The notes under the pieces are model-generated. The model did not search any database. It was not told the origin of the DNA and worked only from the letters and a program-made list of their open reading frames with translations. A stretch of 35,274 nt of DNA from a virus. Taxonomy: Duplodnaviria > Caudoviricetes. Below are positions 9,944-19,664 of this stretch, one piece after another; position 1 is the first letter of the stretch; each line of letters opens with the position of its first letter. Location: positions 1 through 35,274 of IMG/VR virus record IMGVR_UViG_3300033485_000051; one strand, written 5' to 3'. The position numbers and the translations under genes are program-made.

Positions 9944-10789
9944 TTAATTAGAACGTTTTTGTTTTTTGTATGCTGCGACTTTGGTGTAATCACCTGTCTT
10001 TTCAGCTTCATTACGTAAACGCTCAAGTGTTGAGTCTACTGTTCCTGACATTTTGCCAGTACCTGACACGACTTTTTCTGGCGGTGGTGGTGCTTTTCGG
10101 TTTGTCACTTTTAGAGTTCCTTCCAATTTGGCAACCGCAAAGGCAAATTTTACTGGGTCTGTGATAGCTGCTAATTCTTTTGCTTTTTTAGGATTTTTAC
10201 CCAACGCATAAACAACGATAGCAGGGTTATCAGTTCCTTGTAAAATAATGCCTTGTTGAGATTGAGATAATGTTTCGCTTACTACATCTTCGGCAAATTC
10301 ATAATCACGCACTTTTAAACTTGCTTTGGCAGTTTCGTATGAAGTCAGCGTATTCTGCCATTCTTTCTGCTGTGCTTCAACTTGTTGTTTTGATTGCATT
10401 TCGATCTCGTCTGCTTTACGCTTACGCTCAAACCATTGCTCTAAGCTTTGACCAAACTCATCGGCATCATAATCAAAATCCTCTAATGTAGGTTTTTTTC
10501 CTACTTCAATTCTTTGAGGTACTTCTACTTGTTGAGTCTTTTGTTTTAGCTCACGATTCTCTCGTTGCAACTCTCTATAATTCTTACGAAGATCACGTAC
10601 CCATGGTGGGGCTTTTGTCTGTTCTTCGTCTTCTTGGGTCGGTGTTTCCCCATCAATACTAATTACTACTTCATCGTCTTCGGTATCTTCTTCTACTTCT
10701 CCCTCAGATTGCTCTAACGGTTCTTCTTCGGTTTCTACCTCTTCGATAATCTCGTTATCAATATCTTCTACTACCATTTCTTCTGCCAA
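9944..10789 (-). CDS. Scaffolding protein
   Basis: Acidic N-terminus, coiled coil and C-terminal AEKTGDYTKVAAYKKQ coat-binding helix; probable TTG start at 10789 after a GGAG SD (the track extends to 10831). Confidence 0.88.
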   Translation of the reverse strand: MAEEMVVEDIDNEIIEEVETEEEPLEQSEGEVEEDTEDDEVVISIDGETPTQEDEEQTKAPPWVRDLRKNYRELQRENRELKQKTQQVEVPQRIEVGKKPTLEDFDYDADEFGQSLEQWFERKRKADEIEMQSKQQVEAQQKEWQNTLTSYETAKASLKVRDYEFAEDVVSETLSQSQQGIILQGTDNPAIVVYALGKNPKKAKELAAITDPVKFAFAVAKLEGTLKVTNRKAPPPPEKVVSGTGKMSGTVDSTLERLRNEAEKTGDYTKVAAYKKQKRSN

Positions 10790-10815
10790 TGTGTACTCCA
10801 TTTCTGGGAAAGTGT

Positions 10816-10845
10816 CGTGATAATCACGCAACTAAAATTATAACA
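10816..10845 (-). promoter_or_regulatory. Promoter and palindrome upstream of scaffold/coat
   Basis: TGtTATAAT (10845-10837) followed by the inverted repeat CGTGAT-t-ATCACG (10828-10816). Confidence 0.55.
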
Positions 10846-10876
10846 CATATACAAAATAGATATTTTATCAACCCTT

Positions 10877-13036
10877 TTACATTTGGGGAGGTACTTCTTG
10901 CTCTGGCATTGGTGTTTCCATAATAGGTTGTTGCATAGTCTGCACTGGTTGCGCCATATTCTTTCCAAGTATATTCTGTAATGTTTCCATAGCCTTCATA
11001 GCTTGTTCACGCTCTGATTGATCTATCCCCGCATAGGTTTCGATTGTTTGCGCTTGTTTTAGTTCTGCATCTGCTAGAATCTTGATTGTATTAGCATTTG
11101 CTTCTTTAGCTTTTGCATCTTCATTCATTGCCGCTTTTCTAAAGTATTCTTCTTGTGCATTTGGCGGTGTATTTTGTGCTTCTTGCATTAACTCTTGTGC
11201 TTCCGTTTCAGATGGAGTTATTACTCCAAGCTTAATAAGTTTACGTCTGTAATAGTTTTGTACATCGCTAACCCCTTCGCCTTCCATGTTCATCATTGAC
11301 ATAGCTCCAAGAACTTGCATTGTTTCAGGGTCATTAGTTACTTGCATCATACCAGTAAGAGCTGATACTGTTGCCGCTTTCTTAGATGATGATGATGGTC
11401 CAACATCTACTGCAACGTCAAACTTGGCATTATTTAGATCGTTCTCATAAACCACTTCTCCATCTTCCCCCATCATAGGCTTAATTAATTCAGTAGATTC
11501 TGATTCACCGTTATCATTTATAAGTTTTACTTTTCTACCTTGTTCTACCATAACATCTTTCGCCATAGACAGCCATACTTCACCACTTCTCTTCATTGCT
11601 TTAGCCATATTAGATACATAGATGAATGTTTGCATATCTAAACGTTGCTGTATCATCTCTACGGCTTTACCGCTGATATTGGAAACGATCTGCTCACCGC
11701 CTTGCTGATTTCCTAAAATCTCTTTCATATCTTGCTCAGTAAGTTGCAATAGTGCTGCCATAGCAGGAGGGATATTTGGCGCACGAGTATATGCGATGGG
11801 ACCACTTGCGGTAATATTTCCATTCATATCGGTAATCGGGTTGATTAATAGATAAGGAAAGTTCTTAACATTATCATCGCTCCACATCTGTGAATGACCT
11901 GCTATTTGTTCAGGGGTTAAGATAGGCTTCTCAATGCTTGATAGTGCGCTTATCTCTCCTAGTTTTGATAGTTGCATATTCTTAATACGTTGAGCATCCT
12001 TAGCTAGTCTAACGTGACCCATACATCGTTCTACGTTATCAACAAACCAACGCTTTCCATACACCGGGATAATAGGGATTTTATTTCCTGCAATATATCC
12101 ACAGTCCTCTAGTATCTTATTGCCAGATAGAATATACTTGTGAACTTTCTTACGTTTTACTTTTCGCTTACGGTCTAATTTTGTACCAACTGCCTGTAAT
12201 GTTTCAGATAGTGAAGGTTCTCCATCTTCGCTATCTTCTTCTAATTCTTTTTTGGTATATTTTTCTTCTTTTCCATCCATAGTTTTATAGATATAAAGTT
12301 CTTCTTCTATTGATTCAAGGACGTAATATTCTGCTACGTAGATAATGTCTGGGCTGTACCAGTCGAATTGTCGCTGCTCAATTTGTTTGCTAACTGATGA
12401 TTGGTCTTCCTCATCACCATATTGGTGTTCAAATGCTTCTTTTGTCATGGATGATAGTACAAAACAATACTTAGCGTCTGATTTATCTTGACGTTTTGCG
12501 TTTAGGTCAAAGAATACAGAAGAGTCGGCATCATAAATCGGTTCGATACAAATACGCTGCTTCTCGTTTTCTTCATCCTCATCATCTTCATAATCAGCAC
12601 GTAATCTCCATGCTCCAAAACCACCACCAACTGCTTCTTCAAACGCATTGTCGTAAGCTTCTTCTGCATTACTATCCTGCTCATCTGCTCGATATAGTCC
12701 ATCACATACATCGGCAAGCTTATCGTTCTTTGTTCCATCTTTACTGATAAAATCAACAGTAATTCTATTGTTTCGGTATTCATTAATAATTCTAATAATT
12801 GATAAGTGTATCTTATTTACTTCAAACTTTGGTTTGTTCTCAAACTGTTGCTCTAGTTCGCCCTCCCATTGTGCGCCAGCAATAGAGTAAAAGCGTCTAT
12901 CTGTCAAACATTGCAGTCTTTCTTCTCTGAGTGCTGATTGAATATCATCGAATGCGGTAATCGCTTCATAGTGAATTACTGATAATGATTCGTTTAACTC
13001 TTCTTTATTTTCTTCTTCTCGTTCTTTCTTTGTCAC
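10877..13036 (-). CDS. Portal protein, P22-like
   Basis: 719 aa; DRRFYSIAGAQW, EEAVGGGFGAWR, IPIIPVYG and GHVRLAKDAQR motifs; long C-terminal barrel helix. Confidence 0.95.
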   Translation of the reverse strand: MTKKEREEENKEELNESLSVIHYEAITAFDDIQSALREERLQCLTDRRFYSIAGAQWEGELEQQFENKPKFEVNKIHLSIIRIINEYRNNRITVDFISKDGTKNDKLADVCDGLYRADEQDSNAEEAYDNAFEEAVGGGFGAWRLRADYEDDEDEENEKQRICIEPIYDADSSVFFDLNAKRQDKSDAKYCFVLSSMTKEAFEHQYGDEEDQSSVSKQIEQRQFDWYSPDIIYVAEYYVLESIEEELYIYKTMDGKEEKYTKKELEEDSEDGEPSLSETLQAVGTKLDRKRKVKRKKVHKYILSGNKILEDCGYIAGNKIPIIPVYGKRWFVDNVERCMGHVRLAKDAQRIKNMQLSKLGEISALSSIEKPILTPEQIAGHSQMWSDDNVKNFPYLLINPITDMNGNITASGPIAYTRAPNIPPAMAALLQLTEQDMKEILGNQQGGEQIVSNISGKAVEMIQQRLDMQTFIYVSNMAKAMKRSGEVWLSMAKDVMVEQGRKVKLINDNGESESTELIKPMMGEDGEVVYENDLNNAKFDVAVDVGPSSSSKKAATVSALTGMMQVTNDPETMQVLGAMSMMNMEGEGVSDVQNYYRRKLIKLGVITPSETEAQELMQEAQNTPPNAQEEYFRKAAMNEDAKAKEANANTIKILADAELKQAQTIETYAGIDQSEREQAMKAMETLQNILGKNMAQPVQTMQQPIMETPMPEQEVPPQM

Positions 13037-14409
13037 TATCTGCTCCTATTTGCCATTGGATTATATGATGGAATTAATTCGATATTATACTCTTTTTTAG
13101 GTATTACGATAGGATACATAAACGCAATAGGGTATGTTCCAGCGTCTGTGTAATCATCTATTGTTCCAGCTCCTGCAAACTTATCAGGCTCACCATTAGA
13201 TGAATATGCGTGCTGCTCTAAAGCTTGAGCATATTTAGGGCATTTCTTAGAGTTTACTTTTAGTTGCCCTTTCTCAAACTTATTATTACTTATGTTATGT
13301 CTATCTTTTACCGATGGGTTACGTCCATTTACCAGCACTTTAAATCCAGCATTTCGAAGCATTGTAATATCTGTTTCGCTTGCTGAGGTCTTTTTAGCGT
13401 TACCACTTGCATCAGGATAAAAACTTATAATTCTATTTGGGTAACGTACTTTTGTGTTTTGTATAATCATATTTGTATCATAGCTCTCATACTCATCTAC
13501 CGCAACAATATCATCATCACGTTTCACGTACACAATAGAAACGCATCCTCCAATATTGAAGTCTTGACCGATAAATAGTTCTTCTGCTCCGTTGTCTACT
13601 TCTCTTGATTCATTAGTGATTCGATTATAATATTTATAGATTGTTCCTGTTGTTAGGTTTATAAACTCACCATTAACATAAGCCTCAAATAGTTCTGATG
13701 GATATTGTGATCTTAGCGTTTCGATAAAGTCATCAGGTAAATTATGTAAGTTTGAATAGGTAGAAGCTTTTATTAGTAAATCAGTATTAGCATTACGTCT
13801 AGTTACAAAGCGATCATAAAACCATTTAAAACCCTCTGGAGTTCCTGCAACGTCAATGGAATTTATATAGCATAACATCATCTTACCAGAGTGGAAGTAT
13901 GTTCCTTCTGGAGTTATTTGTGTGCTTATATATTCTATTATTACTTCTTCATCTTCTACTGGAACTATTAAACGATTACGACCAAGAATCTTTTTAAATG
14001 CCTTATCCATAATCTGCTGCTTTAAAATGTCTGTTTCATCTATCAGAGTGTAACCAACTTGATAACCTACGATTGATTCAGGCTCGGACATATTACGAAA
14101 TAAAACTTTTCCTATTTCAGTCTTTCCATCTAATAGAGTAAACTCTTTATCAGTCTTATTTAGTTTGAAGTCATACCCTAAGGCTTCTGCTACTGTCGGG
14201 AAACCATCAAACGCAATATCACGTATATCTCCATACGTAGGCAAATAATATGCTGTCTTTGGAACTCCGCTTATTATCTTATAAAGTGATTTAAGCGTAC
14301 CGATGTATGATTTACCAGAACCAAAACCTGCAACGAAACCAGTATGCTTTTTTGTAGACGTTAAGAAGTCATATTGAGGGTCACTCAGTTCTATCAGAGC
14401 GTCTTGCAA
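13036..14409 (-). CDS. terL: Terminase large subunit
   Basis: Walker A AGFGSGKS, Walker B LIDETD, GTPEG motif, nuclease motifs IGQDFN, YPDASG and DDYTDA. Confidence 0.95.
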   Translation of the reverse strand: MQDALIELSDPQYDFLTSTKKHTGFVAGFGSGKSYIGTLKSLYKIISGVPKTAYYLPTYGDIRDIAFDGFPTVAEALGYDFKLNKTDKEFTLLDGKTEIGKVLFRNMSEPESIVGYQVGYTLIDETDILKQQIMDKAFKKILGRNRLIVPVEDEEVIIEYISTQITPEGTYFHSGKMMLCYINSIDVAGTPEGFKWFYDRFVTRRNANTDLLIKASTYSNLHNLPDDFIETLRSQYPSELFEAYVNGEFINLTTGTIYKYYNRITNESREVDNGAEELFIGQDFNIGGCVSIVYVKRDDDIVAVDEYESYDTNMIIQNTKVRYPNRIISFYPDASGNAKKTSASETDITMLRNAGFKVLVNGRNPSVKDRHNISNNKFEKGQLKVNSKKCPKYAQALEQHAYSSNGEPDKFAGAGTIDDYTDAGTYPIAFMYPIVIPKKEYNIELIPSYNPMANRSR

Positions 14410-14887
14410 TAGTTACCCTTTTAAACTCTGTATTGTTTTGGACTGCATTAGTTAGGCTTATATCATTCTTTGGAGCGTGACGATCTGCTTTCTTTACAGT
14501 TATTAATGCTTGGTCTAATGTTGCTTGAGCATGTCTATGCTCTTGCATATTGTCGACTTCTTCAAGCTGTATCTTCTTTCGTATGCTCTTAACATTTTCA
14601 AGAGTTCCACTAAACACTTCTTCTTCTATTTCGTCTGCAATAGTTCTTTCCTTAACCATTGCTTCAATTACTTTTTTTTCTATGGGATTTTTCACGGAAT
14701 TTTTAGCATTTTCTGCAATCACGCAAACCTCGATAATATCGGCATTTGATTGACTTATTCCCTCTATGATTTTACTTGCAGTTTTTGTATCTATTTTATG
14801 GGCTTTTGAAATAGCATAAGAAGTCTTATATTTTCCAGCTTTCCATTCAGCTTTAATTTGATTTATCTTACGGGTAGATAATGCCAT
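14381..14887 (-). CDS. terS: Terminase small subunit (putative)
   Basis: N-terminal HTH-like segment; overlaps the terL start. Confidence 0.7.
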   Translation of the reverse strand: MALSTRKINQIKAEWKAGKYKTSYAISKAHKIDTKTASKIIEGISQSNADIIEVCVIAENAKNSVKNPIEKKVIEAMVKERTIADEIEEEVFSGTLENVKSIRKKIQLEEVDNMQEHRHAQATLDQALITVKKADRHAPKNDISLTNAVQNNTEFKRVTIARRSDRTE

Positions 14888-15048
14888 TATACTTTTGTCC
14901 CATCATTTGTTTTAACCATAGGAGCTTGCCATACTCTTTGCAATTCACTCTCACATATATGGCAATGTTCTTCTCTATCTACTTCTGACATAGGTTTTGT
15001 TATCTCAGTTTCTAACTTACAGTGGGGACAAACATACAGATATATCAC
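14887..15048 (-). CDS. FmdB-like zinc-ribbon protein
   Basis: Hand-translated 53 aa MIYLYVCPHC...EEHCHICESELQRVW; GTGA and TAATG overlaps with neighbours. Confidence 0.75.
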   Translation of the reverse strand: MIYLYVCPHCKLETEITKPMSEVDREEHCHICESELQRVWQAPMVKTNDGTKV

Positions 15049-15284
15049 TCTTTCCCCTTTAATACGTTAAACACGTACTCAATATTAAATATAAATAGCC
15101 ATACTGTAGTTATCATAAGTAGGTAATCATACCATGACGTTACATGATTTACTTCTGCTATAGCTTCTAGTATATAAAATGCAAACTCTATTCCCATAAA
15201 CATAACTATGTAATTAATAAATAGCTGTATAGAGCTGTATTGTGCCATTATAAACATTCGTCCATAAAACCTATTCATCTTCAA
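15045..15284 (-). CDS. Small membrane protein
   Basis: 79 aa with two hydrophobic segments; coupled to neighbours. Confidence 0.6.
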   Translation of the reverse strand: MKMNRFYGRMFIMAQYSSIQLFINYIVMFMGIEFAFYILEAIAEVNHVTSWYDYLLMITTVWLFIFNIEYVFNVLKGKE

Positions 15285-15633
15285 ATAATCCTCGTTGGTT
15301 TAGATAATCCTTACAGTGACACGTTTTTACAAATGGGGCATAAATAATCTGATTTGATTCTAAAAGAAGGTGCAAGTATTTAACATATAAGTCCAGATCG
15401 TTAAATGTTATCCCTTTAGCTGATTCAATAACTACTGAATGTTTTAAGTCTAAAATTGTTTCTATTGTTTCTGCGTACTTTTCGAGTCTTGATGTAGAAG
15501 AGTATTGGCAATCTGATAATATCGAGTTGTAGTGGATTTGTTCATGGTGATATGCTTTGATAATGAATGCTACTTTATTAATATCGTCTGATAATATTTC
15601 ACATAGTTGATAAAACTTATCTATTGTATCCAT
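15271..15633 (-). CDS. Hypothetical protein
   Basis: 120-aa ORF in operon context. Confidence 0.6.
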   Translation of the reverse strand: MDTIDKFYQLCEILSDDINKVAFIIKAYHHEQIHYNSILSDCQYSSTSRLEKYAETIETILDLKHSVVIESAKGITFNDLDLYVKYLHLLLESNQIIYAPFVKTCHCKDYLNQRGLFEDE

Positions 15634-15655
15634 GATAATATTGTAGCACCTTTAT

Positions 15656-15931
15656 TCATAATTGGAACTCACTTTTAATATCAATCACTTTAGCTATCTT
15701 ACTATCAATCTTTTTCTGTATGTCTGACATAATATTTGCTATTCTACGCTGTGACTTACTCGCTACTAAACCACCATTTCTATATTCTTCACGGTATATA
15801 TCAATTGAGCGTCCTAGTATTGCTATTTCAGCCTCTAAATGTTGGATTAGTCCTTGTGGAGTGATACCAGTTAGAGTACAGTATTCTTTACGTGTGCATT
15901 GGTACACTTCTTCAAGCGAAAATTTGTTCAT
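15656..15931 (-). CDS. Hypothetical protein
   Basis: 91 aa; ATGA overlap with the YopX gene. Confidence 0.65.
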   Translation of the reverse strand: MNKFSLEEVYQCTRKEYCTLTGITPQGLIQHLEAEIAILGRSIDIYREEYRNGGLVASKSQRRIANIMSDIQKKIDSKIAKVIDIKSEFQL

Positions 15932-16326
15932 GAGTTGCTATCCAATAGTTCAGGATTCTCGTATATGTTTCCGATTACTTCAAAGCCATTTCGGTAATGC
16001 ACATAGTTTTTAAGTTCTGACCATCCAAATCCTCTATCAATATTACATGGTCTAGTAGCTTTACTTCTTATAGTTTTAAGCATAAGCATTCCATTTTTAT
16101 ATTTAACTACACAATTTTCATCATAATCATCAAAACATCTTCCAAGAATATCTCCCTCGTATATTTCTTTCCCATTTTTGTCTTTTATTTCTGCGTATTG
16201 CATAATTGGGTACTTAGGATTTATACCAAAGATAGCGCTATATTCTAATGGCATATCCATATTATCCTCATGGGATATCATAACTTTAGTATCTTTCATC
16301 CATGCTCGAAATTTAATCTCTCTCAT
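15928..16326 (-). CDS. YopX family protein
   Basis: MREIKFRAW...KDKNGKEIYEGDIL...EVIGNIYENPELL. Confidence 0.95.
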   Translation of the reverse strand: MREIKFRAWMKDTKVMISHEDNMDMPLEYSAIFGINPKYPIMQYAEIKDKNGKEIYEGDILGRCFDDYDENCVVKYKNGMLMLKTIRSKATRPCNIDRGFGWSELKNYVHYRNGFEVIGNIYENPELLDSNS

Positions 16327-16346
16327 CTTTACCCCTTAATTATAAA

Positions 16347-16585
16347 CTGATAACAGCTCTGCAAATGTACTTCCCCGATAAGCGAGGTGGTGATGAGCCG
16401 TATTTCTCATCAGGTTAGCATGGATTTAAAGAGAGCTTTTATCAATTTACGTTTAAATAACTTTCTACGCTACCTTATGGTAGTTTGTAGATATGTTAAG
16501 TTGATATTATTGGCACTTGTAGCAACTGAACGAATACAGTTTTAATTAAAACTAGATAACCGCCCCGATAATCAGTGCAATTTCA
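16347..16585 (-). ncRNA. Putative structured leader RNA upstream of YopX
   Basis: Non-coding region with nested inverted repeats (TGATAA.AGCTCT/AGAGCT.TTATCA; TGATGAG/CTCATCA; CTACC/GGTAG; AGTTTTAATTAAAACT) downstream of a TATAAT. Confidence 0.4.
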
Positions 16586-16591
16586 ACAAGT

Positions 16592-16635
16592 ATTATAGCG
16601 TAATTAGCTTAAATTATCCATAAATGTGTTATAGT
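16592..16635. promoter_or_regulatory. Divergent promoters
   Basis: Minus: TTTAAGC-N9-TATAAT (TATAAT at 16597-16592); plus: TGtTATAGT (16627-16635) before the phosphoesterase gene. Confidence 0.55.
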
Positions 16636-16663
16636 ATTCAAAATAAACAAAAATGGGGAAAAG

Positions 16664-17875
16664 ATGGATTATACAAAATTACAGCTCAAAAGTTTAAAAG
16701 AATACGCTACACCTATTCAGCTCATAGCAATTGAGGCTGCTATTGAGCATGGAACAATAGCTAAAGCTGCCAAGTCATTAAATCGTAACGCTTCTTCTAT
16801 CAGTCGCTCGCTATCTGCTGTAACTAGAGCCGCCGCAACGTGTGGTTATGCCCCCGAAGCTAATCTAAATCATAGAGTACCTAACGGTTTCTAAATCAAG
16901 CGTATATCTACTTTAACGAATAAAGATGGTGATACTACCGAATGGGTTATTAAAGAGCGTGACAAAGAAGAACGAACGAACGCACTATTTGAAGCACTTA
17001 CTGAAATCATAGAGAATATGCCATCTATTCCGCTAATCACTCAATTATCTAAACCTAAATATAATCTTATGAATAATTATATTTCAAACGATTTACATAT
17101 AGGTGCTTTGCATTGGGGTAAAGAAACGGGAGATAAAGATTTTGATTTGCCAATAGCTGATAAATTGATTAAAAATGCGATTGATTATCTAGTTGAAACA
17201 TCTACCCCTTCAAAATATGCAACAATATCTGATCTTGGCGATATGCTTGAAATTGACGACTTTAAAAACGCTACACCAAACAGCGGAAATTCTTTGGATG
17301 TTGATGGTAGATATTCAAAGATTTTAACTATTGCTATTGATGCTATGATTTATATGGTTATGAAGGCATTGCAACATCATGAAATGGTATACTTTTTAAA
17401 CATAGCAGGTAATCACGATATTTCGACAGCTCACGCTATACGTGAAGTTATGCGTGTAGCGTTTAGGGATAATCCTAGGGTTATAGTAGATACATCACCA
17501 CGATCACAAAAATATCTTAAATATGGACGGGCATTAGTTGGTTATGCCCACGGTGATGGGCTTAGGATGAGTGATGCTGACGGGACAATGACAGTTGATT
17601 GTATCGAACACATTAGCGAATCTGTTTATAGAGAAATGCACTTTGGGCATAATCATAAAGATAAAATCCATGAGGGTAAAGTGTGCAAGTCTGAATCACA
17701 TAGAAATATGCCGTCATTAAATGGGTGGGCTTCGCATAAAGGATTTAGGAGACAACTTGGCACAATGAAGTGTATTACGTATTGCCCGATAAATGGGCGT
17801 AAAAGCATAAATATTTTTAACATAGAAATGGACTTAGAAACAGTATCGGATGCTGTACCAACTCTTTTGCAATAG
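16664..17875 (+). pseudogene. HTH + calcineurin-like metallophosphoesterase interrupted by an in-frame TAA at 16892-16894
   Basis: ORFs 16664 and 17018 share a frame and only one stop separates them; motifs NDLHIG, LGD, GNHD, HGD and GHNH are intact; 403 aa if read through. Confidence 0.75.
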
Positions 17876-17882
17876 CAGGGTA

Positions 17883-18422
17883 TTAATCCTGCTTTAACTC
17901 TTTTATCTTTGCTTTGTAAGTTTTAATAATCTCTTGTAAATCTTCCACTGTCCATAGCTTGGTATTCTTTGTAGTTTCAAGGCGTATCACTTCATCGAGT
18001 CCGATCTTCTCAATAAGATTAATCCGATAGTTTGCTAAATTCCCACTTTTGTAGGTATTGCACTGGACGCACTGGGAACTACAATTATTTTCATCAAAAC
18101 GTAATGCACTGTTACCCCCTTGACTCATATAGTGACCTGCGTGTATTTGTCGTCCTTCACCTTCATACTTGCACGATATGCACTTTTTTCCATCACGCAT
18201 ACGAATGTATGTATTAAACACCTTTTGAGCCGTACGGAGCAGTATATACCTATCAGAGTCGTTAAATTGCTTTAATGCTGTACGCTTCTCGCTTGTTTGT
18301 TTCTTAGCTTGTAGTTGCTTTGCGTATTCAATCGCACAATTATAATCGCACGTAGTTTGAAACTGTCGCTCAGGTGTGAACTTATTCCCGCAGTTTTTAT
18401 TCTTGCATTGTTTAGATTTCAT
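17883..18422 (-). CDS. ninG: NinG/Rap recombination endonuclease
   Basis: CKNKNC...C..C, AQKVFNTYIRMRD, CISC, HAGHY and LRFDENNCSSQCVQCN. Confidence 0.92.
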   Translation of the reverse strand: MKSKQCKNKNCGNKFTPERQFQTTCDYNCAIEYAKQLQAKKQTSEKRTALKQFNDSDRYILLRTAQKVFNTYIRMRDGKKCISCKYEGEGRQIHAGHYMSQGGNSALRFDENNCSSQCVQCNTYKSGNLANYRINLIEKIGLDEVIRLETTKNTKLWTVEDLQEIIKTYKAKIKELKQD

Positions 18423-18458
18423 TGGTGTAGCCTATGCTTCGTAGGTATGATGTTGTAA

Positions 18459-19664
18459 TCAAAATAATCTTCCTTCTTCTACTTGTTTTGCTTTTTCAAT
18501 CTGTCTGAAAATCATTTCAAGTACGTTTACACTCATTGAATTGCCCACTTGTTTATACTTCTGTGAATCGGAAACTACTTGAATAAATGAGTCGGGAAAA
18601 TCTTGCAATCGTAGGCACTCTCTTGGGGTTAGTTTCCGAATACGCTGTTGCACTACTGCTTGATTACATTGTGTGTCAAGAGTCTGTGCAACTTGCTTTC
18701 CTACTCTCCCTCTGCGTGTCTTACTATCAGGTACAGATAGGTTTATACTATCTCCTTCACTTGCTAATTCATATCCGCATGATGTAGCACTTCTAACTTG
18801 TATTTTAGGCTCTTGATTACCACCTTGCATAGTCGTTAGCGTTGCTGCTCCATCCGTTCCATATACTCTGCGTATTTGGTCTGTTCCTTTGCAGTCTAGT
18901 AAGCCGATAACACCTTCGTTGATATAAAATCCATCTGTGGGTGTTTTGTAATATCCAGCAAAAACACACGGTGCTGATTCTTGCTTTCCGTTGTATGGTT
19001 CAACTGCTCTTGGCTTCTTCGCTAGGTAGTCAATCATTTTATGAGATAGATAATACTTCTCATCCACCTCACTCTCCAAAACGTCCTTTAATCGCTTCTC
19101 TAGCTTTTGCTTTGGTGCGAATTGAAAGCGGTGATACATTTCGTGGTCGAGAAAACCGACTAAAAATATACGCTCTCTATTTTGTGGCACTCCGTGATCT
19201 TTTGTATTGACCACTTCATAATGACAAAAATAACCGATGTCACGTAACGCTTGGACGAATTCACGTATCGTCTTGCCACCTTCGATAGAAAGCATACCTT
19301 TGACGTTTTCATAAACTATTACAGGTGCTTTTACTTCGTCTACAATACGGATATATTGATAGATTAATTGTCCTCTTTCGTCATCAGTCCCGTTTCGTAG
19401 CCCAGCGATACTAAACGCTTGACATGGTGAGCCACCGATTAACACATCGACTTTACCTTGATACTGTGTACCGTCCATTTCTCTAACATCATTATGGAAG
19501 TGGTCAGGATGTATTTCGTAGTTTGCACTGAATGATTGTCGTGCAAACTTATCATACTCGCAAGAGAATATATGCTCTATGTTTTATTTTCCATAGACTC
19601 TATAAGCTCCTTGTAGCGGTGCGCCAATACCTGAGAACAAACAAGCATATTTAATTTTTTTCAT
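18459..19664 (-). pseudogene. C5-cytosine DNA methyltransferase with an in-frame TAA at codon 27 (19586-19584)
   Basis: Upstream in-frame MKKIKYACLFSGIGAP (motif I) and FSCEYD, then GSPCQAF, ENV, PQNRER and YKQVGNS; long variable region with several TRD-like segments; 401 aa if read through. Confidence 0.85.

Noticed and set aside
16385-16415. Hammerhead ribozyme (CTGATGA on the minus strand)
   Set aside because: There is no stem II followed by GAAA, and the TGATGAG is itself paired in a hairpin.
16892-19586. Genome-wide TAA reassignment (alternative genetic code)
   Set aside because: TAA terminates most genes (coat, portal, SSB) at sensible ends, coding density is high under the standard code, and I found no suppressor tRNA.
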